Below, in pieces: positions 39,452-48,450 of a DNA stretch of 57,637 nt. Position numbers and translations under genes: made by a program. The number at the start of each line of letters is the position of its first letter. Position 1 is the first letter of the stretch. Under the pieces are notes generated by a model. It ran no database searches. It was not told where the DNA came from and saw only the letters and a list, made by a program, of their open reading frames with translations. The DNA comes from Longimicrobiales bacterium (GTDB taxonomy: Bacteria > Gemmatimonadota > Gemmatimonadetes > Longimicrobiales > Gaopeijiaceae). Location: contig CBDDCX010000003.1 of assembly GCA_965226375.1 (NCBI GenBank), forward strand, positions 1 to 57,637, written 5' to 3'.

Positions 39452-41521
39452 ATGACCCACCGCCTTCTCAGAAGGAATCTCCTGCCCGTAGCCATCGTGA
39501 CGGCGCTCCTCCTGGCCGATTGCCAGCCTGTTCAGGGAAACGTGGTGAGCGTGATCGTGGATCGGCGCGTGGACATCCTGGGCGGACGAGCCTTCGGACA
39601 AGCGGGGGCTTACGAGATGCTCGTGGGCCGGATCCTCTTCGCCTTCGAGCCCGCCAATCCGCAGAATCGAGCCATCGTCGATCTGGAGCTGGCGCCTCGG
39701 AACGCCGACGGTCTCGTGGAGGCGTGGGCGGATTTTCGCGCGTTCCAGCCGAAAGACCCGGCCCGGAGGCGAGGCATTGGCTTGGTGGAGGTCAGCAACC
39801 GGGGACGACTGGCCGCCTTCCAGTACCTCAACCTAGCAGATACGCGCGAGCCCGACCCATGGGCCCCCGAACACTTCGGCGACGGCTTGCTGATGGACCT
39901 CGGGCTCACGATCGTGATCATTGGATGGCAGTACGACATCCCCGAGGAGGGGCACGCTCTTGGACTGCGTGCTCCTTTCGCCCGGGAGGGTGCGGAGGCG
40001 GTCCGGGGCTTGGCACGCTCGGACTGGACGCTGGATCGGAGTGAAGACGTCCTGCTGCTCGGGCACATGAACCGCCCCGGGGCCTATCCTCCGGTCGCGC
40101 CCGGCAGAGCCGACGACGTTCTGACCGTCAGGGAAAGCCGGGAGGGCGCCCGGCAGGTCCTCCCCCGACAGAGCTGGGAGTTCATTCGTCTCCCGAGCCA
40201 GGAGAAGCTCGGTGCGATTCGGCTGGAGGGTGGTTTCCAGGCGGGGAAGATCTACGAGCTGGTGTACGAGGCGCAGGACCCACACGTCGTGGGCGTGGGT
40301 CTCGCGGCGGTGCGAGATGTCATCTCCTACGCGAAGTACGATCCGGAGGCGCTCTTTCCCGTCGAACGCGGAATCGCATTCGGCTTCTCCCAGACGGGGA
40401 GGTTCCTGAGGCACTTCCTGTACCAGGGGTTGAACACGGACGAACGTGGCCGGAAGGCCTACGACGGGATGCTCATCCAGGTCGCCGGAGCCGGCCGTGG
40501 TAGCTTCAACCATCGCTTCGCGCAGCCTTCCAGGGATGGACATCCCTACTCGGCGTTTTTCTATCCAAGCGACGTGTTCCCCTTCACGAGCCTGGATCAG
40601 GAGGATCCGCTCGATGGTTCGCGGGGTGGGCTGCTGAGCCAGCAGAGGGATGACCATGTGCCCCTGATCTTCCAGACCAACGCCGACTACGAGTACTGGG
40701 GGCGCGCCGCGTCCCTGATCCACACCTCCGCGGATGGCGCGCGGGATGTGCCCTTGCATCCGAACGAGCGGATCTATCTGCTCGCCGGTGGGCAGCACAT
40801 GATCACCTGGCTCGAACCATCCCACGAGTACCGAATCGCGAACACGCCCGCGTACCGCGGGAACCCGGTGGACTTCCGACTCACCCTCCGAGCCTTGACG
40901 CAGCGGTTGGTGGAGTGGGTGGACCGGGGTGTCGATCCGCCCCCGAGCACGTATCCTCACGTCGCCGATGGAACGCTCGTGCATCCCCCAGAGCTGGCCT
41001 TCCCGCCGATCCCCGGCGTGCGGGGACCGGGCGGCACGCCGCATGTGGCGTACCGTACGGATTACGGGCCACGGTTCGAGTCGGAAGGTGTGGTCACGAA
41101 TCAGCCGCCGGAGCTCGGTCCCTCGTTTCCGTCCCTGGTACCGCAGGTCGACGAGTTGGGCAACACCCAGGGCGGTATCCGCCCCTACGAGCTTCGTGCG
41201 CCGCTCGCCACCTACACGCCGTGGCTTCTCCGCGGGGGTCCGTGGAATCAGGGACCTGGCGAGCCCCAAGTCCTCGACAACTACATCGGGAGTTACATCC
41301 CGCTCCCCCGCACGGAGGCGGCGCGGCGTGCGACCGGCGACCCACGGCCTTCCCTGGAGGCGCTCTACGATTCGGCGGCCGAGTTCCTGGCAAGAGTCAG
41401 AGAAGCGGCCGAGGACCTCGTGGACGAGGGATTCTTGCTTCGGAGGGACGTCGATGTCGTGGAGGCCCGCGCCACGACCCACTGGAACTGGGTGATGGGA
41501 GTCGAGCTCGGTTCTCGGTGA
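39452..41521 (+). CDS. Secreted alpha/beta-hydrolase-domain protein
   Basis: EVSNRG, GFSQTGRFLR nucleophile elbow, RFAQPSR, EYWGRAASL and GGQH motifs. Confidence 0.88.
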   Translation: MTHRLLRRNLLPVAIVTALLLADCQPVQGNVVSVIVDRRVDILGGRAFGQAGAYEMLVGRILFAFEPANPQNRAIVDLELAPRNADGLVEAWADFRAFQPKDPARRRGIGLVEVSNRGRLAAFQYLNLADTREPDPWAPEHFGDGLLMDLGLTIVIIGWQYDIPEEGHALGLRAPFAREGAEAVRGLARSDWTLDRSEDVLLLGHMNRPGAYPPVAPGRADDVLTVRESREGARQVLPRQSWEFIRLPSQEKLGAIRLEGGFQAGKIYELVYEAQDPHVVGVGLAAVRDVISYAKYDPEALFPVERGIAFGFSQTGRFLRHFLYQGLNTDERGRKAYDGMLIQVAGAGRGSFNHRFAQPSRDGHPYSAFFYPSDVFPFTSLDQEDPLDGSRGGLLSQQRDDHVPLIFQTNADYEYWGRAASLIHTSADGARDVPLHPNERIYLLAGGQHMITWLEPSHEYRIANTPAYRGNPVDFRLTLRALTQRLVEWVDRGVDPPPSTYPHVADGTLVHPPELAFPPIPGVRGPGGTPHVAYRTDYGPRFESEGVVTNQPPELGPSFPSLVPQVDELGNTQGGIRPYELRAPLATYTPWLLRGGPWNQGPGEPQVLDNYIGSYIPLPRTEAARRATGDPRPSLEALYDSAAEFLARVREAAEDLVDEGFLLRRDVDVVEARATTHWNWVMGVELGSR

Positions 41522-41831
41522 CCTGGATCTCTCGGTAGAGGGACGAAGCTGGCTCTTGCGGCGGAGGGTGGCGCCTTTCCGGAGGCCGACCGGCTGACCT
41601 GCACACTTCCCGGAAGTCCGTGTAGGTCCTCACTTCATAGATGTCTCGAAGCATGCGGTTGAACCCCGCCACATCCGTCCCAAGCCGCCTCCAAGATCCA
41701 ATTGGGTGTCATGTATCACCTACCACGAGCACTATCGGCGCGGCCATGGAGGGCGACGTTGATGGTCGCAGTTGGCGTGCTCGAGGCATGTACTCGTGCG
41801 ACCTACCGGGAAGCCGATTAGGTTGCCGCTC

Positions 41832-42308
41832 ATGAAATGTAAGAAATATGAATGGCTCCTGGTGCCCATCCTCCTGTGCGGCTGCGCGCCCGACGCCGGC
41901 CGGCCCTTCACGGCGGTCGCTGATCTCCCAGACCTGATGATTACGGTCGTTGAGCCCGCGGCTGAGGTGTACTGGGACGCGGTCGGTTGGATCATCGACG
42001 CGAGTGGCACGACCGAAATCCGACCTGGCTCCCCCGAGGAGTGGGAGGCGGTGCGTAACGCCGCCTACCAGGTCGCCGAGTCCGGCAACCTCATGATGAT
42101 CGGGGACCGCGCGGTGGAAGAGGCGGCGTGGAACGGATTTTCGCAGGCGATGATCAGCGTGGGGCGTCGGGCGATCGAGGCGGCGGAAGCCCGAGACGAA
42201 CAGGGCGTCTTCGACGTTGGTGCCGAGATCTATGCCGTCTGCACGGGCTGCCACTCGACCTACGCGAGCGAGACGCTCCGGCCGAGCGACCGCAGTGAGG
42301 GAAACTGA
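41832..42308 (+). CDS. Lipoprotein cytochrome c'-like (C-terminal CxxCH)
   Basis: LCGC lipobox, helical body, CTGCH near the C-terminus. Confidence 0.82.
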   Translation: MKCKKYEWLLVPILLCGCAPDAGRPFTAVADLPDLMITVVEPAAEVYWDAVGWIIDASGTTEIRPGSPEEWEAVRNAAYQVAESGNLMMIGDRAVEEAAWNGFSQAMISVGRRAIEAAEARDEQGVFDVGAEIYAVCTGCHSTYASETLRPSDRSEGN

Positions 42309-42314
42309 GTTCTG

Positions 42315-42869
42315 GTGCATCGTTTTCTCGAGTGGGTCGGGGGCACACCGTGGAGCGTCGCACTCCTCGAGTCGTATTGGGTGTGGCCGCTCGTGGAGTC
42401 GACCCACGTCCTGTCTACGGCCCTGTTCTTTGGCACTGCCGTGATGATGGATCTCCGCCTCCTCGGCGTGGCGTTCAAGGGGACCCCCGTCTCCGAGTTC
42501 ACTGGTCGGATGCTGCCCTGGACCCGGGGCGGCTTCGCCATTCTGGCGTTGACCGGCCTCCTGATCTTTTACTCCGCCCCGGTCCGGTACTACCACAATG
42601 TCTTCTTTCGGATCAAGGTCGGGTTGCTGATCGTAGGAGGCCTCAACGCGTGGTGGTTCCACGCCAGAACACACCCAAGCGTCGCGACGTGGGATCGTGA
42701 CCCTGTGCCACCCCGTGCCGCTCGGGTCTCGGGCGCCACTTCCCTGTTCGTCTGGGCTTGGGTCATCATCACCGGACGGATGATCGCCTACAACTGGTTC
42801 GATTGTGACATCCAGCCGCAGACCGACTTCATCAACTGGGTGTCTGGGTGCGTCGTCCCCACTGATTAG
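42315..42869 (+). CDS. DUF6644-like membrane protein
   Basis: WPLVESTHV, DLRLLG, TGLLIF and GRMIAY motifs; four TM helices. Confidence 0.8.
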   Translation: MHRFLEWVGGTPWSVALLESYWVWPLVESTHVLSTALFFGTAVMMDLRLLGVAFKGTPVSEFTGRMLPWTRGGFAILALTGLLIFYSAPVRYYHNVFFRIKVGLLIVGGLNAWWFHARTHPSVATWDRDPVPPRAARVSGATSLFVWAWVIITGRMIAYNWFDCDIQPQTDFINWVSGCVVPTD

Positions 42870-42883
42870 AGAGGCGACCAACG

Positions 42884-43354
42884 GTGTTACTGCCCTTCTT
42901 CGAATGGTGCGAAGCCACCGCGCTCGGCCAGGTGGTTCGCCAGTCGCTCTGGCTTTTTCCGGTTATCGAAGCGGTGCATCTGGTTGGGCTCAGCCTACTC
43001 GCCGGATCGCTGCTGATTGTCGATCTCAGGCTCCTTGGCCTGGGCCTCAAGCGCCAAGGGATCGCCGAGATCGCGAATGGGGCCCGTCCTTGGCTTGTGC
43101 GAAGCGTCGTATTGATGATCGTGACCGGTCTCCTGCTCTTCCTCTCGGAGGCGGTCAAGGCCTACTACAACAGGTCTTTTTGGGTGAAGATCACGACGCT
43201 TCCGATCGCCCTCGTATTCACGTTCTTCGTCCGCCGCCGGATCGTCCGCGATGAGGAGCTGGACACTTCATGGCGCACGCACCTGCTCGGGGCCGTCTCG
43301 ATCGCGCTGTGGTTTACCGTTGCCGCGGCTGGACGCTGGATCGGCTTTTCCTAG
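42884..43354 (+). CDS. DUF6644-like membrane protein (paralogue)
   Basis: FPVIEAVHL, DLRLLG and GRWIGF motifs. Confidence 0.8.
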   Translation: MLLPFFEWCEATALGQVVRQSLWLFPVIEAVHLVGLSLLAGSLLIVDLRLLGLGLKRQGIAEIANGARPWLVRSVVLMIVTGLLLFLSEAVKAYYNRSFWVKITTLPIALVFTFFVRRRIVRDEELDTSWRTHLLGAVSIALWFTVAAAGRWIGFS

Positions 43355-43424
43355 CCAGCAGGAGACATCTCAAAAAGCACCTGAGCAAGACGCGGGATCA
43401 TCCTGCCTCCCGCGGCTGGCCCCG

Positions 43425-43892
43425 TCAGCACCTCCCGCGGCCGGAGGCGAAGGACCTGAGCTCGGCTCCGTCCTCCGGAGCGCCGGTACCTGAAGACCCC
43501 AGGAAGAACTTCGTGCCATCGGTGAACGTGACGTCACGGCCATTGGCCCGAGGAAGCGAGTGGTCCTTCGCCTGATACCCGTCGACGATCAAAACGGAGC
43601 CGATCGTCAGACACTCTCGGCGGAGCCCTCGGCGCAGAAGCACGTTGGGCGTGCCTCCCTCGATCATCCAGACTTGCGACGTCCCGTCATCATTCTTCAC
43701 GTCGATGTGAATCCACGAATGCGGGTTTACCCATTCGACCCTCACGATGGGGCCCTCGAGGCGAATCGGGGCATCCGGGTCGAACTCCGCCCCGAATGCG
43801 TGGTGGGCGACCGCCGGGGCCGCGACCGCAAAAAAGGCGACAGCCCCCGCCGCCAAAGGCCCGTAGATCAACCGTTTTGTGTTCATCACCAT
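43425..43892 (-). CDS. DUF6152-like secreted protein
   Basis: Signal peptide then AHHAFGAEFD; EWVNPHSWI and WMIEGG motifs. Confidence 0.85.
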   Translation of the reverse strand: MVMNTKRLIYGPLAAGAVAFFAVAAPAVAHHAFGAEFDPDAPIRLEGPIVRVEWVNPHSWIHIDVKNDDGTSQVWMIEGGTPNVLLRRGLRRECLTIGSVLIVDGYQAKDHSLPRANGRDVTFTDGTKFFLGSSGTGAPEDGAELRSFASGRGRC

Positions 43893-43901
43893 CGCCTCGA
43901 C

Positions 43902-44954
43902 TCAGTTCCGGCTTCTTTCGGCTTCCATTCGCTCTTGATACCGCGCCCCACGCAATACGTTCGACAGTGAATAATTACCCTCATGACACGCGTACTCGAA
44001 AAGTTGGTCGTCCATCGCCTTCATCGGGATCTGGGCTCCCCAGGGCTCGGTGTAGGTCGTCGGATCGTCGATCGTGAATTCGTACAGGATGGTCTCCTTG
44101 TCGGGGCGGCTGAACCGCTCGATCACCTTCAGATTGTCCGAGGGGGCACCACGGAACCGCTGCAGGGGATGGATGCTGGTGGTCTCGACCACCAGCACAT
44201 CGCCCTCCCAGTGGCCCCAGGAGTCGCCCATCCACGGGCGAACGTGAGGAGGCAGCCGCGGGCCGTCGCCGATTCGGATGATCCGAACGTCGTGCACCAT
44301 CTCCGCCATGATCATCACATGATCGGCGGTCTGCACGATCGTATAGTTATTGTTGTACCAGTAGTTGGGGACCATGGGAGGACCGGCACTGCTCCCGAAG
44401 GACATGAGACACCGTTGGCCGAGCGGCAGGACCTCGGGGTGGTCGTACTGGCCGAACTGGCTCCTGGACTCCCGATACTCGGCGGCCAGCCGCTCGGCCT
44501 CGGGCGTCCGCTCCGGCACGCGGCCGTCCAACGGAAACGTGATGAGCGAACTCCTGGGCTCGCCATTCACGACGGCCACCCGTTGACCTCGGTCCGTATA
44601 GACTTCGTTGTAGCATCCCGTCGCTGTATCAATACAGACCGGGAAGGTACCACCCTCCTCGGGCGGAGGTCGGTCCGGGTCGCTCGGCTGGGAGGTTGCG
44701 ATCACAACCTCGGCCCGCCCCTGCTCGATGGCGCGGACCTGCTCCCAGCTGAGGACGGCCTCTTGGTCCCGTGGGCGTTGGAGCGGGGTGAGCGTGGAGT
44801 TGCTCCAATTTCCCTGTAGATCCGGATGACCATCGGCCGTCCGGGGCATGACCCACCGGCCGGCCGGTGCCTGCGCCGACGCCGGGGCGCCCAGCCCCTC
44901 AGCTGCGATCCCTAGGCAAAGCATCAGAAATAAGGCGGAACAGCGCACGATCAT
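43902..44954 (-). CDS. Conserved secreted hypothetical protein (PDLxGxW ... EYACHEGN family)
   Basis: RTADGHPDLQGNW, GDSWGHWEGDVLV and FEYACHEGNY motifs; GGAGG upstream of ATG. Confidence 0.8.
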   Translation of the reverse strand: MIVRCSALFLMLCLGIAAEGLGAPASAQAPAGRWVMPRTADGHPDLQGNWSNSTLTPLQRPRDQEAVLSWEQVRAIEQGRAEVVIATSQPSDPDRPPPEEGGTFPVCIDTATGCYNEVYTDRGQRVAVVNGEPRSSLITFPLDGRVPERTPEAERLAAEYRESRSQFGQYDHPEVLPLGQRCLMSFGSSAGPPMVPNYWYNNNYTIVQTADHVMIMAEMVHDVRIIRIGDGPRLPPHVRPWMGDSWGHWEGDVLVVETTSIHPLQRFRGAPSDNLKVIERFSRPDKETILYEFTIDDPTTYTEPWGAQIPMKAMDDQLFEYACHEGNYSLSNVLRGARYQERMEAERSRN

Positions 44955-44987
44955 CTTTCTCCCTCCTTGGAGCCGACCAACGTCCTC

Positions 44988-45021
44988 CGGTACTGTCTTA
45001 CGGTACTGTCTTACGGTACTG
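44988..45021 (+). repeat. Tandem repeat (CGGTACTGTCTTA) x2.6 at a gene junction
   Basis: Units at 44988, 45001 and a partial unit at 45014. Confidence 0.95.
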
Positions 45022-45858
45022 CCCATACAAGAGCTCCTCTACGAACTCCACGCACTTGAACACTCCGAGCCGCGCATCGGCGTTGATGTGCTTGTACAGC
45101 GGCAGACGGATCGTCCAGGGGCGGGAGAAGGTACTGGGGTCCTCCATCGTGGCTTCGTACAGGATGTGGTAGGGGCTCGTCATCGTGTAACGCTCCACGA
45201 CCCGCAATTGATAACTCGCGTGGTTTCCAGCGCGGTCGAACCAGGCCTGACCGATGAACCCGTTCGCCTCGACCACGAACGTGTCGCCCTCCCATTGGCC
45301 GACCGACTGGCCCATCCAGGAATCCACCTGCGGCGGTCCCGGGTCCTCGAGATAGATATTGCGATCGGCGCCCGCATATTCATAAGTGATGAAGAACGCG
45401 CGCTCACTCTGAAAGATCTGGAACGGGAAGGGCATGTAGGTGGCGCGTGGGACCCCAGGGAGGTAGCACTTGACCACCGGGTCGCGGGTGACCCAGTTCT
45501 CCCGGTTCGCGTCCCTCATCGCGAGCGCCGCGGGAAGATAGGGGATCTCGCCCCCTTCGACGATGCCCATCCCCGGGGGCACAGCCCCAACCGCGCCAAA
45601 AGCGACCACCGCCTCGGCAGGCACGGGAACCACGGGGCCCGGGACCATCTGGAGCGCGGCCCGCGCCTGGTGCGGCTCGATATCCCAGTGGGCGTTTCCA
45701 AGCGCCTGCCATATACCGTTCATGTTCGGCCGCCCAGACACGGTCCTAGGGATGTCCGGACTCTGGGCCTCTGCGTAAACCGGCACGAGGGCTACCGCCA
45801 GCAGGCCGAGAATGACTTTCCCCAACGCGTACTTCGGAGATCTGACAGCGCTCGACAT
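44998..45858 (-). CDS. Conserved secreted hypothetical protein (same broad family)
   Basis: GRPNMNGIWQA, DPVVKCYLPGVPRA, GQSVGQWEGDT and FKCVEFVEELLYG motifs. Confidence 0.8.
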   Translation of the reverse strand: MSSAVRSPKYALGKVILGLLAVALVPVYAEAQSPDIPRTVSGRPNMNGIWQALGNAHWDIEPHQARAALQMVPGPVVPVPAEAVVAFGAVGAVPPGMGIVEGGEIPYLPAALAMRDANRENWVTRDPVVKCYLPGVPRATYMPFPFQIFQSERAFFITYEYAGADRNIYLEDPGPPQVDSWMGQSVGQWEGDTFVVEANGFIGQAWFDRAGNHASYQLRVVERYTMTSPYHILYEATMEDPSTFSRPWTIRLPLYKHINADARLGVFKCVEFVEELLYGQYRKTVP

Positions 45859-46014
45859 CGCTCAACCCTCCCGAAGGTCGTTGCACTTAAGCCATAATCA
45901 TATCGTTCTCAACCAGCCCTAGCCAGTTCCTGGCGACCGATGCAAACGGCCAGCATCGGTGCTATTGTTCTCCGTTCCGCACTCGCCGACCCGACCCGTC
46001 TTGCGGAGGACCAT

Positions 46015-47049
46015 GTGAAGACCGTGCCGACGCTCCCACGTCTCCCCCTCGCCGTCGCTCTCCTCTTGACGTGGTCCCTTCCCGCGCTAGGCCAGGATCT
46101 GCAGACGGCCGACCTCGGTACGTGCGTACTTGAGAGTGGGGAGGTTCTCAGGCCTTGCGCCCTCAGCTATCGAACCCTCGGCACGCTCAATGATGAGAGG
46201 GATAACGCCATTCTCGTACCGACCCGGTTCAGGGGCACCTCCGAAGGATCCCTGCGCTTCGCCACCGCGTTCGTGGACACCACAGCCTTCTACATGATCG
46301 TGGTCGACGCACTGGGCAACGGCGTGTCAACGTCGCCCAGCAACACTCCGACCCAGGGTGGCGAGTCCTTCCCAGAGATCTCGATCGGCGACATGGTCGC
46401 CACCCAGTATCGACTCGTGACCGACGTCTTGAACCTCGATGGGCTCTACGCCGTCACAGGTGCGTCGATGGGTGGGATGCAGACGTTTGAGTGGATGGTC
46501 GCACACCCGCGCTTCTTCGAGAAGGCAGTCCCGCTGATCGGAGCGCCAAAGCTTGGACCCTATGATGTGGCACTGTGGGAGACTGAGCTCCGGATTCTGG
46601 ATCTCTATGAGGCGTGTCGGTGCGTCGACGCCGCGGCCACGCTTGCGGGTGTCGGCATGCTTACTGGTTCTTCACCGGAAAGCGTCGATGCGCAGACAGA
46701 CCCGTCTGAGGTTGAGGCCTCCCTGCAAGCCGCTGCCGAGCGTATGATGGCGCGATCAGACGGATGGACTCATGACACTGCAAGCCAGCTCCACGCGATG
46801 ATAGGGCACGATGTCTCGCGGAACTTCGCTGGCGATATGGAGGCTGCCGCAGCTGCCACTCAAGCTGAACTCCTCTCAGTAGTCGTCGGGGCCGACCACG
46901 TGGTGACGCCCTGGTCTGCGATCGAGTTCGCCAAGATGGCTCGGGGAGAGTCCATGGTAATCGAGAACGCACGCGGGCACCGGGGAGTCTTCCTCCCAGG
47001 AACAGGCTTCGAGGAGCGGGTCCGGGTCTTCCTAGCGCGGGATCGCTGA
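46015..47049 (+). CDS. Secreted homoserine-O-acetyltransferase-like alpha/beta hydrolase
   Basis: YRTLGTLN, DALGNG.STSPSN, GASMGG, D...H triad pattern; signal peptide; GGAGG before GTG. Confidence 0.85.
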   Translation: MKTVPTLPRLPLAVALLLTWSLPALGQDLQTADLGTCVLESGEVLRPCALSYRTLGTLNDERDNAILVPTRFRGTSEGSLRFATAFVDTTAFYMIVVDALGNGVSTSPSNTPTQGGESFPEISIGDMVATQYRLVTDVLNLDGLYAVTGASMGGMQTFEWMVAHPRFFEKAVPLIGAPKLGPYDVALWETELRILDLYEACRCVDAAATLAGVGMLTGSSPESVDAQTDPSEVEASLQAAAERMMARSDGWTHDTASQLHAMIGHDVSRNFAGDMEAAAAATQAELLSVVVGADHVVTPWSAIEFAKMARGESMVIENARGHRGVFLPGTGFEERVRVFLARDR

Positions 47050-47200
47050 GGCAGAGCGTTGTTGGCGACGTAAGGCGACTCCGGTGGATCACTCGGAGCG
47101 AACCGCCCATCACCTTCGGGGCGGCGGCTTGACAGGTCCGGGTACCCCCGTCTACGCTGCGCGTGACCCAAGATGCGCATAACCTAAGAGAGGACTGCCA

Positions 47201-47719
47201 ATGACGATGCGAACCCTCCTGGTGCCGGTCGCACTCGCTGTCGTGATCGGCGGTCCGTCCCCGACCCTGGCACAGGGGTCGAGCTCGGCACAGCTCGAGG
47301 CCATCAGACAGAGATTCGTCGGCCACTACGAGCTCGTGACCTTCGAGTCGGTCCGGCCCGACGGCGAGACGGTCGACCGAAACTACATCGGCAGGATCAT
47401 GTACGACGAGCACGGCAACATGTCGGCCATCGGCATGCCGAAGGACCTGCCGGCTCGGGCCCGCGAGTCGACTGAGCGCGTGCAGGCCGGGTTCGCCTAC
47501 TGGGGGCGCGTTAGCTTCGACCTGCCCAGTGGGATCGTCATTCACCACGTCGAGGGTTCGCCGACGCGGGGGAGCTGGCCGGGGACGGACAACATCCGCT
47601 ATTTCGAGTTCACGGACGATGGCCTGCTCAAGCTGTCTATCAAAGACGCCGAGGGGCGGACGACCGGGACGCTGACTTGGCGCAGAATCGATCGTTGGAG
47701 GGTCCCGTCCTGCGCGTAG
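47201..47719 (+). CDS. Lipocalin-like domain protein
   Basis: FVGHYELV, GRIMYD..GNMS, AYWGR and LTWRR motifs; signal peptide. Confidence 0.82.
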   Translation: MTMRTLLVPVALAVVIGGPSPTLAQGSSSAQLEAIRQRFVGHYELVTFESVRPDGETVDRNYIGRIMYDEHGNMSAIGMPKDLPARARESTERVQAGFAYWGRVSFDLPSGIVIHHVEGSPTRGSWPGTDNIRYFEFTDDGLLKLSIKDAEGRTTGTLTWRRIDRWRVPSCA

Positions 47720-47835
47720 CAGTATCCGCAACGCACCGCTGATCGCCCCTCGCCGCCGCCTTCGAGGCTGAGTACGATCTCGCCTGTGGCTGGCTGCTTC
47801 TTTTTTTTCTCCCCAAGCATTTTCTCGTGATCCCT

Positions 47836-47874
47836 CTTGCAAAATGCAAGATACTATACCATACTGTATGGTAT
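47836..47874 (+). promoter_or_regulatory. Putative promoter with a perfect operator palindrome
   Basis: TTGCAA (47837), 17-nt spacer, CATACT (47860); ATACCATAC-T-GTATGGTAT at 47856-47874; CTTGCA-AAA-TGCAAG at 47836-47850. Confidence 0.65.
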
Positions 47875-47913
47875 TTTACGATCCGGGGTGCCGCCACATA
47901 CAGGAGGACCACT

Positions 47914-48282
47914 ATGAGGACGCGGACCCCACTAGCGCGGCGGGTGATCGCCGCACTCCTTATGGTGCTGGTGACGGCATGTCACAGCTAGCGACCTACG
48001 GCTGTCAGCCCGCAGCAATTGATCCCTGAAGAGCAGCCGTCATCCGTGCGCGCCACGCTGACGAGTGGAGAGACCATAACCGTCAAGGACCCGACAATGA
48101 GGAATGACTCCATCGTTGGTGCCACGGATGCGGGCATGGCAGCGGTGGCGTCACGAGATGTTGCCTTGCTTGAGGTTCGGCACTCTAGCCCTGGCAAGAC
48201 GATAGGACTCGTCGGTCTCACGACGGTGGTGGTAGCCGCGGCCGGATTCATCGCTTGGATATACTCTGTCGACTGGAACTAG
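47914..48282 (+). pseudogene. Small lipoprotein with in-frame TAG at 47989
   Basis: AGGAGG-ATG, MRTRTPLARRVIAALLMVLVTAC lipobox, HS*RP, then the same frame as ORF 48019..48282 with a C-terminal TM helix. Confidence 0.8.
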
Positions 48283-48328
48283 AAGTTCGTCTCTGCCGAT
48301 GCCGTTCTCGTCTGCCTGGGCGTCTGAC

Positions 48329-48369
48329 GGGCCTCTGCTTGCGCCCACTGCCCTACTCTCGGATGTTGA
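48329..48369 (+). repeat. 41-bp dispersed repeat (second copy 50758-50798)
   Basis: 33 of 41 positions identical without gaps by manual alignment; both end in CGGATGTTGA. Confidence 0.8.
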
Positions 48370-48450
48370 CCTCGGTCTGATCCCGGAGTCCGCTCCGTGC
48401 TCGCGAAGGTGCCGGTCCCGGCTTATCGTCTTTTCGAACCGGGAGGTGAG

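Noticed and set aside
35762..41482. Long antisense ORFs (35762..37411, 39833..41482; also 12643..13821, 13936..15237, 21311..22660)
   Set aside because: Shadow frames of well-supported genes, expected in high-GC DNA.
41560..41700. GTTGAACCCCG match to the 88-bp repeat start and a short ORF (MAGFNRMLRDIYEV...)
   Set aside because: Only 11 bp and none of the GCGGGA boxes; the ORF has no recognisable family, possibly a gene scrap.
16141..47991. Amber recoding (pyrrolysine or TAG reassignment) to explain two in-frame TAGs
   Set aside because: TAG is the true stop of many intact genes here (3027, 4492, 13806, 33535) and no pyl genes are present; single-base nonsense changes suffice.
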